Of a DNA stretch of 64,000 nucleotides, positions 39,701 through 52,893 are shown one piece after another. The translations under genes and the position numbers were made by a program. Below the pieces are notes generated by a model that saw only the letters and a program-made list of their open reading frames with translations, was not told the origin of the DNA and did no database searches. Every line of letters starts with the position of its first letter. Position 1 is the stretch's first letter. The DNA comes from Chiloscyllium plagiosum (taxonomy: Eukaryota): assembly GCF_004010195.1 (NCBI RefSeq), contig NC_057720.1, forward strand, positions 33,068,805-33,132,804, written 5' to 3'.

Positions 39701-42700
39701 GAAGGAAGGAGATCCCACAAGGGACCAACAAATGCAGGAGCAGTGACACCAAATACAATTATACAGTAATCACAACCACCCCAAGATGACAGTCTATAGC
39801 GCACATATGCATCTAGTACATCTGTGTGTACGTACATCTTGGAGGAGAAATCTTCACTGGCTGCACAAGACATGTACTGGTGGCAGGGCTCTTCAAGAGA
39901 TTGAAGATGCCATCCATTTAGGTATCAGTGCTCCTTATTTCAATGCTACACCCTACAGTTAAATCAAAGGTTTGAGTAGCAAAAGTTCACACTCAGCTAA
40001 TATTCAACTGGTGTCCAATTTCTGAAATGTTTTATAGGTGTTTTGTAACATTATTCCAAGTCTTTCCTGTGCAATACTCTATAGTTCCAGCATCATTGCC
40101 AACTCCACTGAGAGAAACTCATTATGTTAGTGCATTGGGAGAAAACAAAAACAGAAGCACCTTTTAAGCATAGTATTTATATAGTGCATAAAAGGATTTG
40201 TGATTACAGAACAAAATTAAAATTAATTTGGTTGATGGAAGCATGTAAAAGTCGCATCTTAGTCTCTTATCTCTCAATTCAATACTCAGGTAGAAATCAG
40301 AATAATTAGAAACAATAAATTGAAATGCAAAACTATTGTTGTATGAATATTTTCCCATCAGAATGGCAATGCCTGTCCAATGTTGTTTTATAAAAGCAGT
40401 AGTTACGATTCAGAGAATTAACCATTAATCCCTTATAAACAAGCACATTTCTAACTCATGACAATATTTTTCTGTTTTGGTCATCCCTTTTTCATCAATT
40501 TAAACACCTTATATATTGATAAAAGCTCCAGCAACCAGAGGGAATGGCCATTAATAAAGTGCCTCACCAATATCACATGCTACTTCAAGCCCTTGATGGA
40601 GCAACCCATGCTCTGATGATTAGATCATTTACTCGGAAACCAATAATAAATAATGAAATCAAAGACCACAAAAAGGAATGTTCAGGTTAATCAGAGAATT
40701 ATTTCTAATAACTTATTTTTCAGAATTTCTAATTGAGGTAACAGTCTAAGGTGTCCCTGATTGACCTGCCATCCAGATCTGCCCAATTAAAAAGATGATT
40801 CCATGAATGTGAAGTCATAGTCACAAGAGAAACAGTTATTGACCTCTTTTTTTTTGACAGAATCCACTTGTTAAAAAAATGAATTTTATTAGTTACTTAT
40901 AAGCTAAAGTATAGCACAAAGAACCTAGATTCTAATTAATCTGTGCTAAAGCTTCCTTTCAAAATGAAAATAAAATCCATTAGCCTGGTGGTTTATTTGG
41001 TTAACAAATTCAGTCGTAACACTTTTAAAAGATGATTTCTGGTAGATCAGATGATCAGGCTGCATTCTGGCAAATCTGGCCATGTGATGACTTGAGAAAT
41101 CCAATGTGTTTATGCAGAGTATGGATTATCTGACACTTTGTCCACATAGCTCAGTTAGCACTGAGAACTAAATTTATCAGTGAGGTTGCAGCTAGTTTTT
41201 GAAAAAAAAAACTTTTTTTTATTCATTTATTCATTCCATCAACATCTCATCAGTATGTGTTGCTGGCTGAGCCAATATTTATAGTCTGCATCTAACGCCC
41301 TTGAGAACAGCAAATCTAATGCCACGGTGAATAGTTAAATATTGTTGGCAGCACTTTTTTAAAAAAACATTAATGAGAAAACAAGGCAAAGTTCTGGCAG
41401 GACACCAAAGTTAAGAGGTAAGCAAAACAATAGAGTTAAGAGATTCAACTATTGACCCATGTAAGGGAGGGGATGACACCAAGTGGTCATGTGAAGAAAG
41501 ACATCATATACAGTCTGCAAGATCCAAGACTTGGATGGAATGCTCAATTCCTCCAGTACAAAGGAACATACAGAGAAAATTACTCAGTTATCTAACACAT
41601 TGTAACATGGGGCATAGTACATTATGAAAGGAAACTCAACTAAATAATATTTTAAAAACTAAATACTTGAGCAATAAGAGTACACAACAGATTTAAAGTA
41701 CAGCAGTGCTATTAGCATAGTTAAAACCATTAATGAGCACTTTTGCTCAAAAAGAACATGTTTGTTTAATATAGCTACTGAATAAAAGACTGGTGTTCAT
41801 ACTACAGGGGACTGTAACTGAGAAACACCTTTTGCAAAAAAAATTTAACCAGCCTTGAAAACAGAATTGATAAATGGGAAAAAAATTGTCCAGTCTTCCT
41901 CCCAAAGCCCACAAACATCAAAAGAAAGCATCACCCATAAGTTGATGCCCTTTGAGATCTTCTCTCTTTATTTATTCATACGAACAATAATCCCAAAGTT
42001 AACACAAAGAACACAGGAAACTACTGTATACTGTTTGCTCCAGCTCCACCTAGTGATGCTAATACAGAGCAATAATCACAGGATTAATTTGCTGTCCCAC
42101 TTGTCTTGATCCCCTGGTACCCTGCAAACAAAGCTCAAAGTATGTTCAGTGAACACCTCTTCATATTTCTTGTCAGCACTTCACAGTTTTCCAATCTGAG
42201 TATAGAGCACAACAATTTCAATCATACTATGGCCTTCATTTTTCTCAGGAGGCAGCTATTGATCATTCAAGTAATTTCATTTATATCTCTTCTAGACTCA
42301 TCTTTAGTAATTTCATAAAAAAGTGATCCATTCTATTCTATTTACTATATCGCTTTTGTCATCCTATCTTCCATTCAAGTTATTCTTGATTCCTAACATT
42401 ATAATTGCGTCCCAAACCAGAGAGGAGAATATCTTCACATCGAACCAATGCATCCTATCCTAAATCCGATCCCAAACAACATCAATTAAATTCTGTCAAC
42501 ATCTCATCAGTATGTGTTTCAGATCAGGCAACATGACTGATGATAATTTCATGGTGTAATCATCACCATCTATAATAATACCTGTGTTTTGTCTGCCGTG
42601 ACTGTTTTCATCTGCCAGTTTAAGGGGTGCGTGTGTTAATGAGTTTATTTGGTGGGCACTTCCTACTGTACATGGACGCACACAGAATGAAAAGGACTGG

Positions 42701-43611
42701 AGCATGTGACTGAAGAATGGGACTGCTGAAGAACAAAAACAGTACAAGGTAGGGATCCCATTAACAAAGTATCCTGCCCAGAAAATCTGTTTCTGTTAGG
42801 AATGGGATAGGATTGATGGGAGGGACCGGGATGCCAACAGTGAGATAGGACTGACATAGGTGGGATGGATGGACTTGGATGGAGATAGAATGAGAGATCA
42901 GATCAGATCAGAATTAAAGTATGACAAAATTATGGTGCCAACTACTCAGTACAACAATATTTTTAAAACTAATATTTTTGTGAAAATTAAGATTCACTAG
43001 ATTTGAGCAAAAATGTATTAATAAGGCTGTAAATTAAAATACAAGGAAAGAGCAGTTATAATTTTGCTATGAAGCCCGAATCCTAAACAAGAGGACTTTC
43101 TTGGACAACATTGATACTTAGGAAATAATTTTCTCTCATGATAGGTACTAAAAATGTAACAGGCAGATTTCAAAGCAATACAGTGCTTACCCCTGAAATA
43201 ATCAAGCGTTTTCAAAACAAAACAGTTCTCAGGTAGGCTTCAAATGTCCAGACTTCAAACAATTCACAAGGCCATATTCTGAAGAAAATTTACATTTATT
43301 GTCCTGGGCAATTTTTAAGCGAGGACAATTTTATATGCAGCTTTTTCGAGAGAAATGTTTTGTGGGTCTGTTAGTATAAACTTTGTGGGTAAAGAGAGGG
43401 GCTGGGAAACAAAAAGCATGAACATAAATTGGCTGATTGACAGGAAGTAGAAAGTACATGTAGTTGCTGATAAGTTTTTTTTTTGATTAAGATGTACCAT
43501 GATATTCCACAGGAGAAACTGGAAATGATGTAGAACTTTAAATATTGTGAACTGCAAGGATAGTAATAACTTCAAGAGGATATGGAAAGGAATACAGGAT
43601 GGATGGATATG

Positions 43612-43766
43612 TGGAGAAAGTGAGGACTGCAAATGCTGGAGATCAGAGTTGAAGAGTGTGGTGCTTGAAAAGCACAGCCAGTCAGGCAGCATCTGAGGAG
43701 CAGAAGAGTCGATGTTACGAGCATATGCTCGATATACCGACTCTCCTGCTCCTCGGATGCTGCCTG
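43612..43766. mobile_element. Fold-back Penelope-like element tail insertion
   Basis: Arms caggcagcatctgaggagcagaagagtcg / cgactctcctgctcctcggatgctgcctg around the palindrome cgagcatatgctcg. Confidence 0.75.
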
Positions 43767-44261
43767 GATGCACGTTGCAAATTAAATACAATGTACAGAT
43801 TATAACATAATACATTTTGTTCGAAGAAAGAAGATGGGCAATATAAAATAATTAATACAATTTTAAAGTGGGTGCAATGGCAGAGTTCAGGAACTACTTA
43901 CGCATACATTGTTGAAGGTAGCAGGCATGTCAAGAAGATTGTTAAAAAGGCATACAGCAGGTTTTATAAATCGAGGCATAAAATACAAAAGAATGGAAAC
44001 AATAATGAATCTTTGCAATTCACTGCCTGGTATTAACAGGGGTATTGCATCTAATTCTGGGCACGATTCTACAAAGCTGTGACCTCTGTTGAGGGGATGT
44101 AGAAATAATTTACAAAATGGCTCCAGGGATGAAGGACAGACTGAATAAGCTGGAGCTTTGCATCTTAGAGAAGATTGAGAGGACATTTCATAGACACAAA
44201 TAAATTGATTGATAGATGGACATAGGAGGATGAAAGAAACTATTTAGTGAGGTGAGAGAGA

Positions 44262-45378
44262 TGTCTTTAGACATCATCCCCACATTTGACAGATTGTGGC
44301 ATCAAGGAGCACTAGAAAAACTAGAGACAATGAGAATCGGTGAAAACTCTCTGCTAGTTAGTCATACCTGGCATAAAGGCAGTCAGATATGATTATTGGA
44401 GGTTAGTCATCTCAGCTTCAGGACGCTAGTGCAGAAGTTCCTCAGAATAATGTACTAGGCCCAATATCTTCAGCTGCTTCAATGACCTCCCTTCTGCTGA
44501 TGATTGCACAATGTTTAGCACCTTCAGGTGCTTCACAACATTTTAGTCACTGAAATAATCCATGTCCAAAAGTAGCAAGACACAGGCAAGATCCACACTG
44601 CAGCCGACAAATAGCAAGGAACACTCACATCACACAGTGCCAGGCAATGATAATCTCTAACAATAAAGAATCTAACCAACACGCATTCAACGGCATCATC
44701 ATTACTGAATTCCCAACCATCTGGATGTGATTAGTGACCAGAAACTGAACAGGACTAATTATATACAGTGGCTACAAGAGCAGGTCAGAGGCTAGGATTA
44801 CTGTGCCTTGTCCCTGGATGCTGCCTGACCTGCTGAGCTTTTCCAGCAACACATTTTCAGCTAGTACTCACCTCCTGACTCACCTGAGGTGAGTCCTGTC
44901 TGGTATATACAAAGCACAAGTCTGAAGTGTGATGGAATACTCATTTGCTTGGATAAGTACACCTTCAACACAAGTCTGAAACATTCAAGGATAAAGCTGT
45001 CTGGTTGATTAGCACCACATCCACAAACATTCACTCCTTCCAACACCAACGCACCATCTACAACTATCTACAAGATGCACTTCAAAAATTCAAAGGCCCT
45101 ATGATCACTATAATCAAAAAGGATGAGAGCAGCTGCTACATAGGAACACTGCCACTTGCAAGTTACTCACCACCCTGACTTAGAAATATACTGCCATTTC
45201 AGCAGTATTGCTGGGTCAACATTCTAGAATGCCCTTTCTAACAGCATTGTAGATGTATCAACACTAAATGAACTGTGGCAGTTCAAGAAGGCAGCTCACC
45301 ACCGTCTTTTTGAGGGCAACTGGGGATTACCATAATGGTGACTCAGCCAGTGAGGTCCACATCCCAGGAATGATTTTT
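44262..45378 (+). mobile_element. Old L2/CR1-like LINE, copy B (RT to 3' end)
   Basis: tttgacagattgtggcatcaaggagcacta (FDRLWHQGAL) and gctgatgattgc (ADDC); the 3' tail is shared with the SINE family at 53226. Confidence 0.8.
44806..44862 (+). mobile_element. 57-bp PLE tail fragment inserted in LINE copy B
   Basis: ccctggatgctgcctgacctgctgagcttttccagcaacacattttcagct matches 48986-49036. Confidence 0.75.
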
Positions 45379-46690
45379 TTAATATATTGCTAAAAGGATT
45401 GAGGACCAGAGGAAACCAATTTCGGGTGACTATGAAAAAGACCAACAGTGACAGTGGAGAGAGAACTTAGTCTTTTTAAGAAAAAAAGTGGTTAGGATTG
45501 AGAATGCATTAAATTTTTTTTAAAATGCAAAAGGAGGGCAATTTGTGTTGGAATGGGCAAATGCTCCTGAAAGAGAAGCAGAAATTTCACCTCACTGATT
45601 TTTATTCCACAAATAGCCAGCAAATGGAGCAAAGCATGTATAGCAAGCATGATTAAGTGTAACAAGCACTGTTCAGTTCCTTCCATCTCCTTTTTTCCAA
45701 CAATAAACCTAAAACACAGAAGATGACTTTTACTTTTTAGTTGCAGTAACTTTGCAGAAGGAGCTGCAAGGGAATTTATGGTTTTTCGGCTGAAATTAAG
45801 CAAACAGGCAGAAGAATCCCTTTGGAAATTCACATTCCTAGTACTCAGAACAAAAAGGAGGAATTAAGCCTAGCAAAGTTCAAACCCAATAGCTTCTGTT
45901 CTTAAATTCTTCTCTGTGACCTACTGACCGAGCCTGACACACATGCTCTGCACTAATCAACACCAATTTTACTGACTGTGACCATGCTCAGTACTTCAGA
46001 ATTATCAACATATGTTCTGTCCCCACAAATTCCCTACCTTTTTGTTTCAATAATGGTATCTGCCATGATTTGATTTGAGACAATGCACTACAATCTAACC
46101 ACCAGTGATTCTCATGAGCAGCATATGGCTGCTTTTTGCTACCATCTTTGATTCTTGCTTATAGAAGCTTCAACAACCACAGATGTAAAACTTATCTTTA
46201 AACAGGCTTTTTCCTCTAACCATTTATTTTTGACCCACCCCTCTGCACCAGTAGTTTATCACATATTAGAACATAAACATGTCTCAGGAGGCTGAACAAA
46301 AAAGACTTAGAGAGATTTAAATAATAGGAAAGGAAGATTTTACAATTCTGGATGAGTTACAAGCCACCAGTGAAGAGATAGAGCAGGGAATGTACAAGAA
46401 TAATGGGACAACACCATCATGAACTTTGCTTATTCCTCATCTGGAATAAAAATAACTATTTCTAAATAAATAGTAAACATTTTTAAAAAGCATTTATTCT
46501 AAAAATGTAGATTGCTATCAGGAACTCTCAGAGCAGCTCCCGCAAAACCAAATTAACTTTTGTCAGCATTGTCGCAGTAAACCTTGTTAATATGCATTAA
46601 TGAGGCTCCCACATTTCCATTGAAGTTAGTGGCAGATTAGAAAACACTGGGTTTGAAAACCAAGGATAGCAACAAAATATTAAGAAATAC

Positions 46691-48395
46691 AGACTGGAAT
46701 TTTTCCTTGCTGATGTGGCAGGAGTAATGGCGACTACAGTGGCAAAATTGGGAATCTGATTTTTCTTTTCATTCTTTCCCTATGTCGAGGAAAGACTTTC
46801 CCCGTTTTTCCCTCAAACCTTAAATGGTGACTTCACAATTTTAATACTGAGTGGTATCAAATGTATTCCATGAATTTGCATCCCATCAAAGCTCCAAATC
46901 ACCCTATTTACATTCCACTTCTAATTTTTCTTTGCTCTACCAAAAAAAAGTAGTTAGTGCAAAAATATTGAGTTAAAATTGGAGTGGGTACCTAGCAGCT
47001 GCAGCGTACTGACTGCTTGACCCAGCACCATACCACGTTTTCCACACAACATCCCTACCTCCATGTTCCATGTTCACCATCCTCACTGAGCCTTTATCTG
47101 TGCTACTCCTCAGTGCAAAACAACCAGATTCACATTGTCCTGCCTACCCCCGATCCAAGGCCTTCTACCCATGGCTTTCATGTTTCTGTCTAGTCTCTGC
47201 GTCGCTCATGCATTGCTTTGCACTAACATGAACACACACACCTTATTGTGTTTACTTGCCATCTTAGGTCTCACTCATTTTAGCATTTACTGGGCTACCT
47301 GTGTGTGGTTGGAGACACTATCTTTTCAGTGCAAAACATTTTGAGCGCTCAGTTACAGGTCGTCAACTTGGCATGAAGGAAGGAAGATGCAGGCAACTTG
47401 TGCCAGCAGAATGTCCAACACTGCTGTATGTGGTTCAAGTAAATGGCCATGTATGCAATTCAAAGGACAAGAGTCCTTCGTGGTGTGAACGGGAATGCAG
47501 TCAGTCAAGGGATACTTCCTATTCCATTCCTGGTGTTGGCTTTGGTCAGTCCCATAAGACAGGTCTGGCAGTCCAGGGATGACAGGTAGGTCAGAGTGTA
47601 ACTGGGACATCAGTCTGGACAATGGGCTAGGTTTTCCTGCATTGACACAAAGGGAGGGATCGAGTACGATGGAAGTACATACAAGAGCAGTTTATATAAG
47701 CAGGAGAGTGGGCGGGGTGTTCCCAGTGAATGAGTAAGCAGCGCAGAAGGCAGAAAGGGTTAATAGTTTTGGAGGATAAGGGGAGTTAGACAACTCCTGT
47801 ATTCTGTGATTGGACAATATTCATGCAATTCTGAGTGGTGCATTCCATCAGTCATAGAGAGAGGGGTGCACAATGATAGACAGTGTATGTTTGCTGGCCC
47901 ATGAGTGAGAGGTAGCAGAGAGAAAATAGTGGCACTCACCTTTGCAGCACATAAGGGTTCCCTATCCTTCTTACACCACAGTTTGGAGTCCCTTTTCACT
48001 CAGAACACAACACTGACCTATGCTATAATTTTTGCATAGCCTCCTCAGACAGTCAGCCCAAAATAGAGGACTGTCCTCCTCAACATCACCTTGACTACCA
48101 ATACCTTCAGATCTCTGTCTCGAAACCAGGGAACTAGAGTGTTTTTTCTATGAGATATGTTCAGGGTCAAGCACTGAAGTTTGACAGGTATTTCCTGGCT
48201 TGCAGCATCTAAAGTGGTGAGCAGTTAGTGTTTAAATATGGGTGCCAGAGGCATATTAGTAGGAAGGTATGGCTAGTGGTGAGCACTTCCACCTCGCTTG
48301 GCATGAAATTCCCAACAAAAAAAAAAGTGATGTTTCAGTTGTATAATTAATGAGGTGAAAAAAGATCACATGAGGAAGAGAAAAATTCACTGTCC
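46691..48395 (-). mobile_element. Decayed PIF/Harbinger-like DNA transposon with a Myb/SANT ORF remnant
   Basis: The - strand of about 48137-47940 reads PWFRDRDLKVLVVKVMLRRTVLYFG ... IIA*VSVVF*VKRDSKLWCKK..LCAAK|GTGAGT, then cAG|ENLAH at 47636. Imperfect terminal inverted repeats at about 46691 and 48395. Confidence 0.45.
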
Positions 48396-48862
48396 ACCAT
48401 GCAGACCAGATGCCATGAAACTAATTCAACACCGCATTTTAATAGTATGTGGGCAAGTCCAACCAATGGAAAACATAGTTGGAAAATGAAAAGTGAGATT
48501 AGAAAGGAAATGCAAAGAAAGGTTAGAAGACGATATAATGGAACAGAATGAATTTTTATAACATTAAAAGCAAAAGCATTATATAGAGGGTATGACCAAT
48601 CAACGAATGCAAGGTAATTTAGTAATCAAGGTAGAGAACATCGCTATATATATTTACAACCAACGAAGTGAGTAAGCATAAGTGTGGGTGGGGGGAATAG
48701 AAACTTTGAAGGTCAGATGTGTGCTAGCAGGGAAGGTGGCTTGAGTCAGAAAATTTCCCAACTTGGCAAACCCAATTCATTTTTGCTGTGGTTTGGCAGC
48801 AAAAAGGATCAGGTTTGGCTTGCCAATCCTTGTGTATAATGTAGGCAGCAAATGCCCAGGTG

Positions 48863-49076
48863 CTGAAAATGTGTTGCTGGAAAAGCGCAGCAGGTCAGGC
48901 AGCATCCAGGGAACAGGAGAATCGACGTTTCGGGCATAAGCCCTTCTTCAGGAAGGCTTATGCCCGAAACGTCGATTCTCCTGTTCCCTGGATACTGCCC
49001 GACCTGCTGCGCTTTTCCAGCAACACATTTTCAGCTCTGATCTCCAGCATCTGCAGACCTCACTTTCTCCTCAAAG
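48863..49076. mobile_element. Young fold-back Penelope-like element tail insertion with an 11-bp TSD
   Basis: About 81-bp inverted arms (48862-48942 / 48955-49035) with 2 mismatches. TSD atgcccaggtg at 48852-48862 and 49077-49087. Confidence 0.88.
48919..48954 (-). ncRNA. Minimal hammerhead ribozyme motif
   Basis: UUC-CUGAAGA-A-GGGC(UUAU)GCCC-GAAA-CG-UC-GA; GUC cleavage triplet, palindromic ACGU helix III, short helix I. Confidence 0.65.
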
Positions 49077-51235
49077 ATGCCCAGGTGAGCTAGTTAAAAG
49101 GCTTGCTTCCATTCTCATAGATTTTGTCCCAGTTGCATTAGAGACATTTAACCCTCACTACCCTTCCATTTCCCAATTTATTTCCATGCCAACTCATACC
49201 CCTTGCCCACCTCCATGACAAGTTTACTCCAGCAGAAAAAGTTGGAATGCTCAGAAGTGGAAAAAGAACAAAAAAAAATTATCTAACTGGTGAGGAGTTG
49301 CAGAGATTGAAGAGGGGACTATATTAAAACATATTATATCTGAATGGTCTTGACAGGGTAAATGTGATTGTTCTTATGGAAAAATCTAGAACTAGGTGTC
49401 ACCCATTTAAACCACAAGGTGAAATCTCTCTCAGAGGGTCAACAATCTTTGGAGCTCTCTTCCAAGGAAGATGGTAGAAGCAAAGTCCTTGAATATTTTT
49501 ACAGAAAGGGCTCGAAAAGTCATCAAGATAAACAGGAATGCAGATTGTAAGGTTATATTCATATCAGCAATGATCCTGTTGAATAGTGGAGCAGGCTCAA
49601 GGGCTGAATGGCCTATTTTTTCCATATATTTTTGCTTTGTTTCTATTACTGTATGTTCGTAACAACACAAAGCAACCCAATAAGGTTGCATCCTGTCTAT
49701 CACTACTTTATGGAAATTTCACGTGGAATTGTAACAAAATGGCACAAAAGTAAATTTCATAACTCTTCAATTTTCTTCACAGTATTGAAATTAAGCAAAT
49801 ATAGAATTCGTAGTTGAAATAATACCAAACTACAATCTAAATTGAGCAGGGTCAGATGACATTGTAAACCACAACGGCAATGTTCATTTGTTTTATTGCT
49901 GCACCTGAACTTTCAAAAGAAATTACAGTTGTAAAATCAATCTAAGCTATTAGTTATAAATCAATAGTGTATTCCGCCTCAACCTGTCCAGACATGCTGT
50001 GACATGCCTAGGGTGGGTGAGGCTTGAATTCAGACTTCTGGCCCAGGGATACTACCACTCTATCAAAAGAGCCCTTTGCCTCAATTCTGCATGCTTTTCC
50101 CCCAAATTTTGTTTTTAATTATTATGTGCATGCAGATGTTATCAAGACAGATGTTGACAGCGCTCACCCAAAATGATTCAAAATTTCATTAATGGCAGTT
50201 GAAACCTAATAACTTGCAGTTGGTCACAAAAATTCAGCACTGAATATATACTAACAGATTACTGAATGGCTGAGAGTGTGAAGGGAGTCTAATCTCATTA
50301 AGTTAAAATGTCCAACTGCAAAAGGGAAGCCCAGGTATTTAGAACTACCTTCCAACCTCAACTGTATTTCAATCAATCAATCTTGGCTGCCCGCAGTAAC
50401 ATTTCCTACAAATAATATATTAGGTGATCATTTTAGTCAGTTTCTGTTGCCTCAAAAACTCATTCAGTTACTTCCTAGCACTTTAATTGATCTCCTCCTT
50501 GGGCTAATTTTCTTTCTCTGGAGTTGCTTGCTGTATTTACAGCTACATCTCTGTGTGAAGTAGTTCTGTCAGGCACTTAAAGGTCAAGATTTTAGCTTGA
50601 CAAAGTATATAAAAATAAGCAAATCATTAATGGGCTAAAAAAAACTCACTTAAAAACAAACCTGGGTTTTTAATGGCGATTGAGGTTCTCTCAGCTTATC
50701 GAATGTAAGATCAACCAAACAGAGATAAGAGTTCCCTTCACTTTCGTAAATCCTATAAGTTTATTTATGTCTAATCAGTTATAGGCCAACTATTCACAGA
50801 ATGATATACCACAGGCAGCCATTCCTATTGAGCCTGTGTTGACTCTCGTGTGTAGCAATCAAATTTTTTCCTTGAAAATTCTTCCCCTTCAAGTATTTAT
50901 CCAATTGTCATTCTGAGAGCCACAAATGAACATGTTGCATTAATTTCAGAAAATATTTCCTCATGTCACCTTATTACATAGGCCGCCATTTATAGCTTAT
51001 AAAATATGGAACTCGCAGGATTTGACTAAAACTCGAGTCCAAACTTCTCCAAACAAACTCCACAACCATTTTACCAACAGCCAAAGAATGATTTCATCAA
51101 TTCGCTTGTGCAGAACTCTAGTTCACACAGACACAAAAGGTCACCCTCTCTACATTAGCCACTTGCAGAATCTGAATTTATATGTATATATTATACTATG
51201 CACTTGACAGGCCAAATGAGTAGCATCCTGACAAA

Positions 51236-51333
51236 AATATAAATTGCTAAAAAATCTCAGCAGGTCTGGCAGCATCTGTGGAGAGAAATCAGAGTTAACG
51301 TTTCGGGTTGAGTAACCCTTCTGCAGGACTGAG
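51236..51333 (-). mobile_element. PLE tail fragment with a mutated hammerhead (51293-51330)
   Basis: AGUC-CUGCAGA-A-GGGUU(ACUC)AACCC-GAAA-CG-UU-AACU; core position A6 is changed to C. Confidence 0.7.
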
Positions 51334-52893
51334 TTTAACAGTGTGATGGTTGTCGTAAAATGTGAGGAAACATAGGCTCTAGGGAAAAGAAATATAAATC
51401 TAGAAATAAATAGCAAACTCTACAAAACTGGGTAAAAAGAGAAAAAAACATTTAACTACAATCTGAAATATGAAAATAACAAAATAAAGAAAGGAAAGAA
51501 AATGTGAAAAGGAAGTACAGAAAAAAAACAAAAGAACAGAATCCTGTCAGAAAGGTTAAGAGTAGTGTACGTATGTAATTCAGGAAAGCAATGTAAAATC
51601 TCAGATCAAAAAGGATGAGGTAGTAACAGTCAAATGAGGCAATGGAAAACTAAAAAAAATCTAGAAAATGTTTAAAAATCAAAATGAGACCCAAGGCCTG
51701 TTTGAAACTTCAAAGTGGAACAATACCTTTCTCATCATATCATGCATGATATATCCTTTCATCATACATTTGCCTCCTCTCCATGTTGTACCCTTCTTTC
51801 TACAGTCTAAACAGTGGAAAATACAGAATATTTCTTATAAACCTGCTAGCTGATTGATGGAAGAAGGTAAGTGGAAGTAGAAAAGAAACAAAATCAAGTA
51901 TAAATAAAGTCACAAAATCTCATAGGTACATCATATCAAAGAGTTCTCAGCAATTTTTAAAATCATGTTCTACACAATTGTTCACCGATGCAAACAAAAT
52001 AAACGTCAGGCAAGCTAAACTAGACATAGACAGTTATACCTTAAAATAATGGCGATGCATGCTTTTATTCATTCATGGGATGTGGGCATTGTGACTTATA
52101 TTTGGAATCAAGAGTTTAGGGAAAGAACAAATATAGATTTTTGCAGGATGTTTAAACAGAATTAAATAATGCAACAGTTTCTAGTTGCCTCGACTTTTCA
52201 GTAAATAAAACTAAAATTCAAACAATTTGCCTATATACCTCAAAATCTATATCAAGGTGATCAAAATATAAAAACACTAAGGACAAACTTATTTATTTTT
52301 GATGGAATAGAATAGGACGTAGATGCTACTCTGGTAAATATTATCATTAATTCAGTGAAGAGCAGGTAGGTAAGTGACAGATGATTGGAAGAGCATGTAT
52401 CTATTTCTCCTATTTAAAACAGTGAACAGATTAGAAAGAGCAGATGTAGGGAAGTTATTTTCCTTTGGTGGAAGAATCCAGAACAAGGAATCACAACATT
52501 AAATATAAAGCAAGGCTACTCAGGAGTATAATGAAGGTGCACTTATATCGAAAGAAAAATTGTCATGGTAATAGCAAATTCTCTCTTCCAAAAGGCTATG
52601 GATCCTAACTCAATTGAAATTTTCAAGGTGGAGATTAGCAGCATTTTAATTACAAAGATGTGAATCAAACTTAATGTTCAGGAAAATGGAGCAGAGATGC
52701 AGATCAGTCATGATTTATTGCAATGGTAGTCTGAGGAATAATAAATACCGTAACGTGGAAAATGTACATTGATTATTATGCTCCTGACTTTGCTTCCTTC
52801 AAGTGCTGCTATACTACCTCAGAATCAGTCTCAATTCCTTTCCTTCATAAAAACTTCAGTCTTTTCCACTGACTGCATCGCAACATTCTCGTT

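Noticed and set aside
42790..42915. Degenerate GGAT/GATCA array
   Set aside because: Ordinary decayed microsatellite with no repeat-spacer structure.
48862..49035. Long hairpins as pre-miRNAs or MITEs
   Set aside because: The arms match PLE tails found elsewhere in the window, the elements are asymmetric, and TSD lengths vary.
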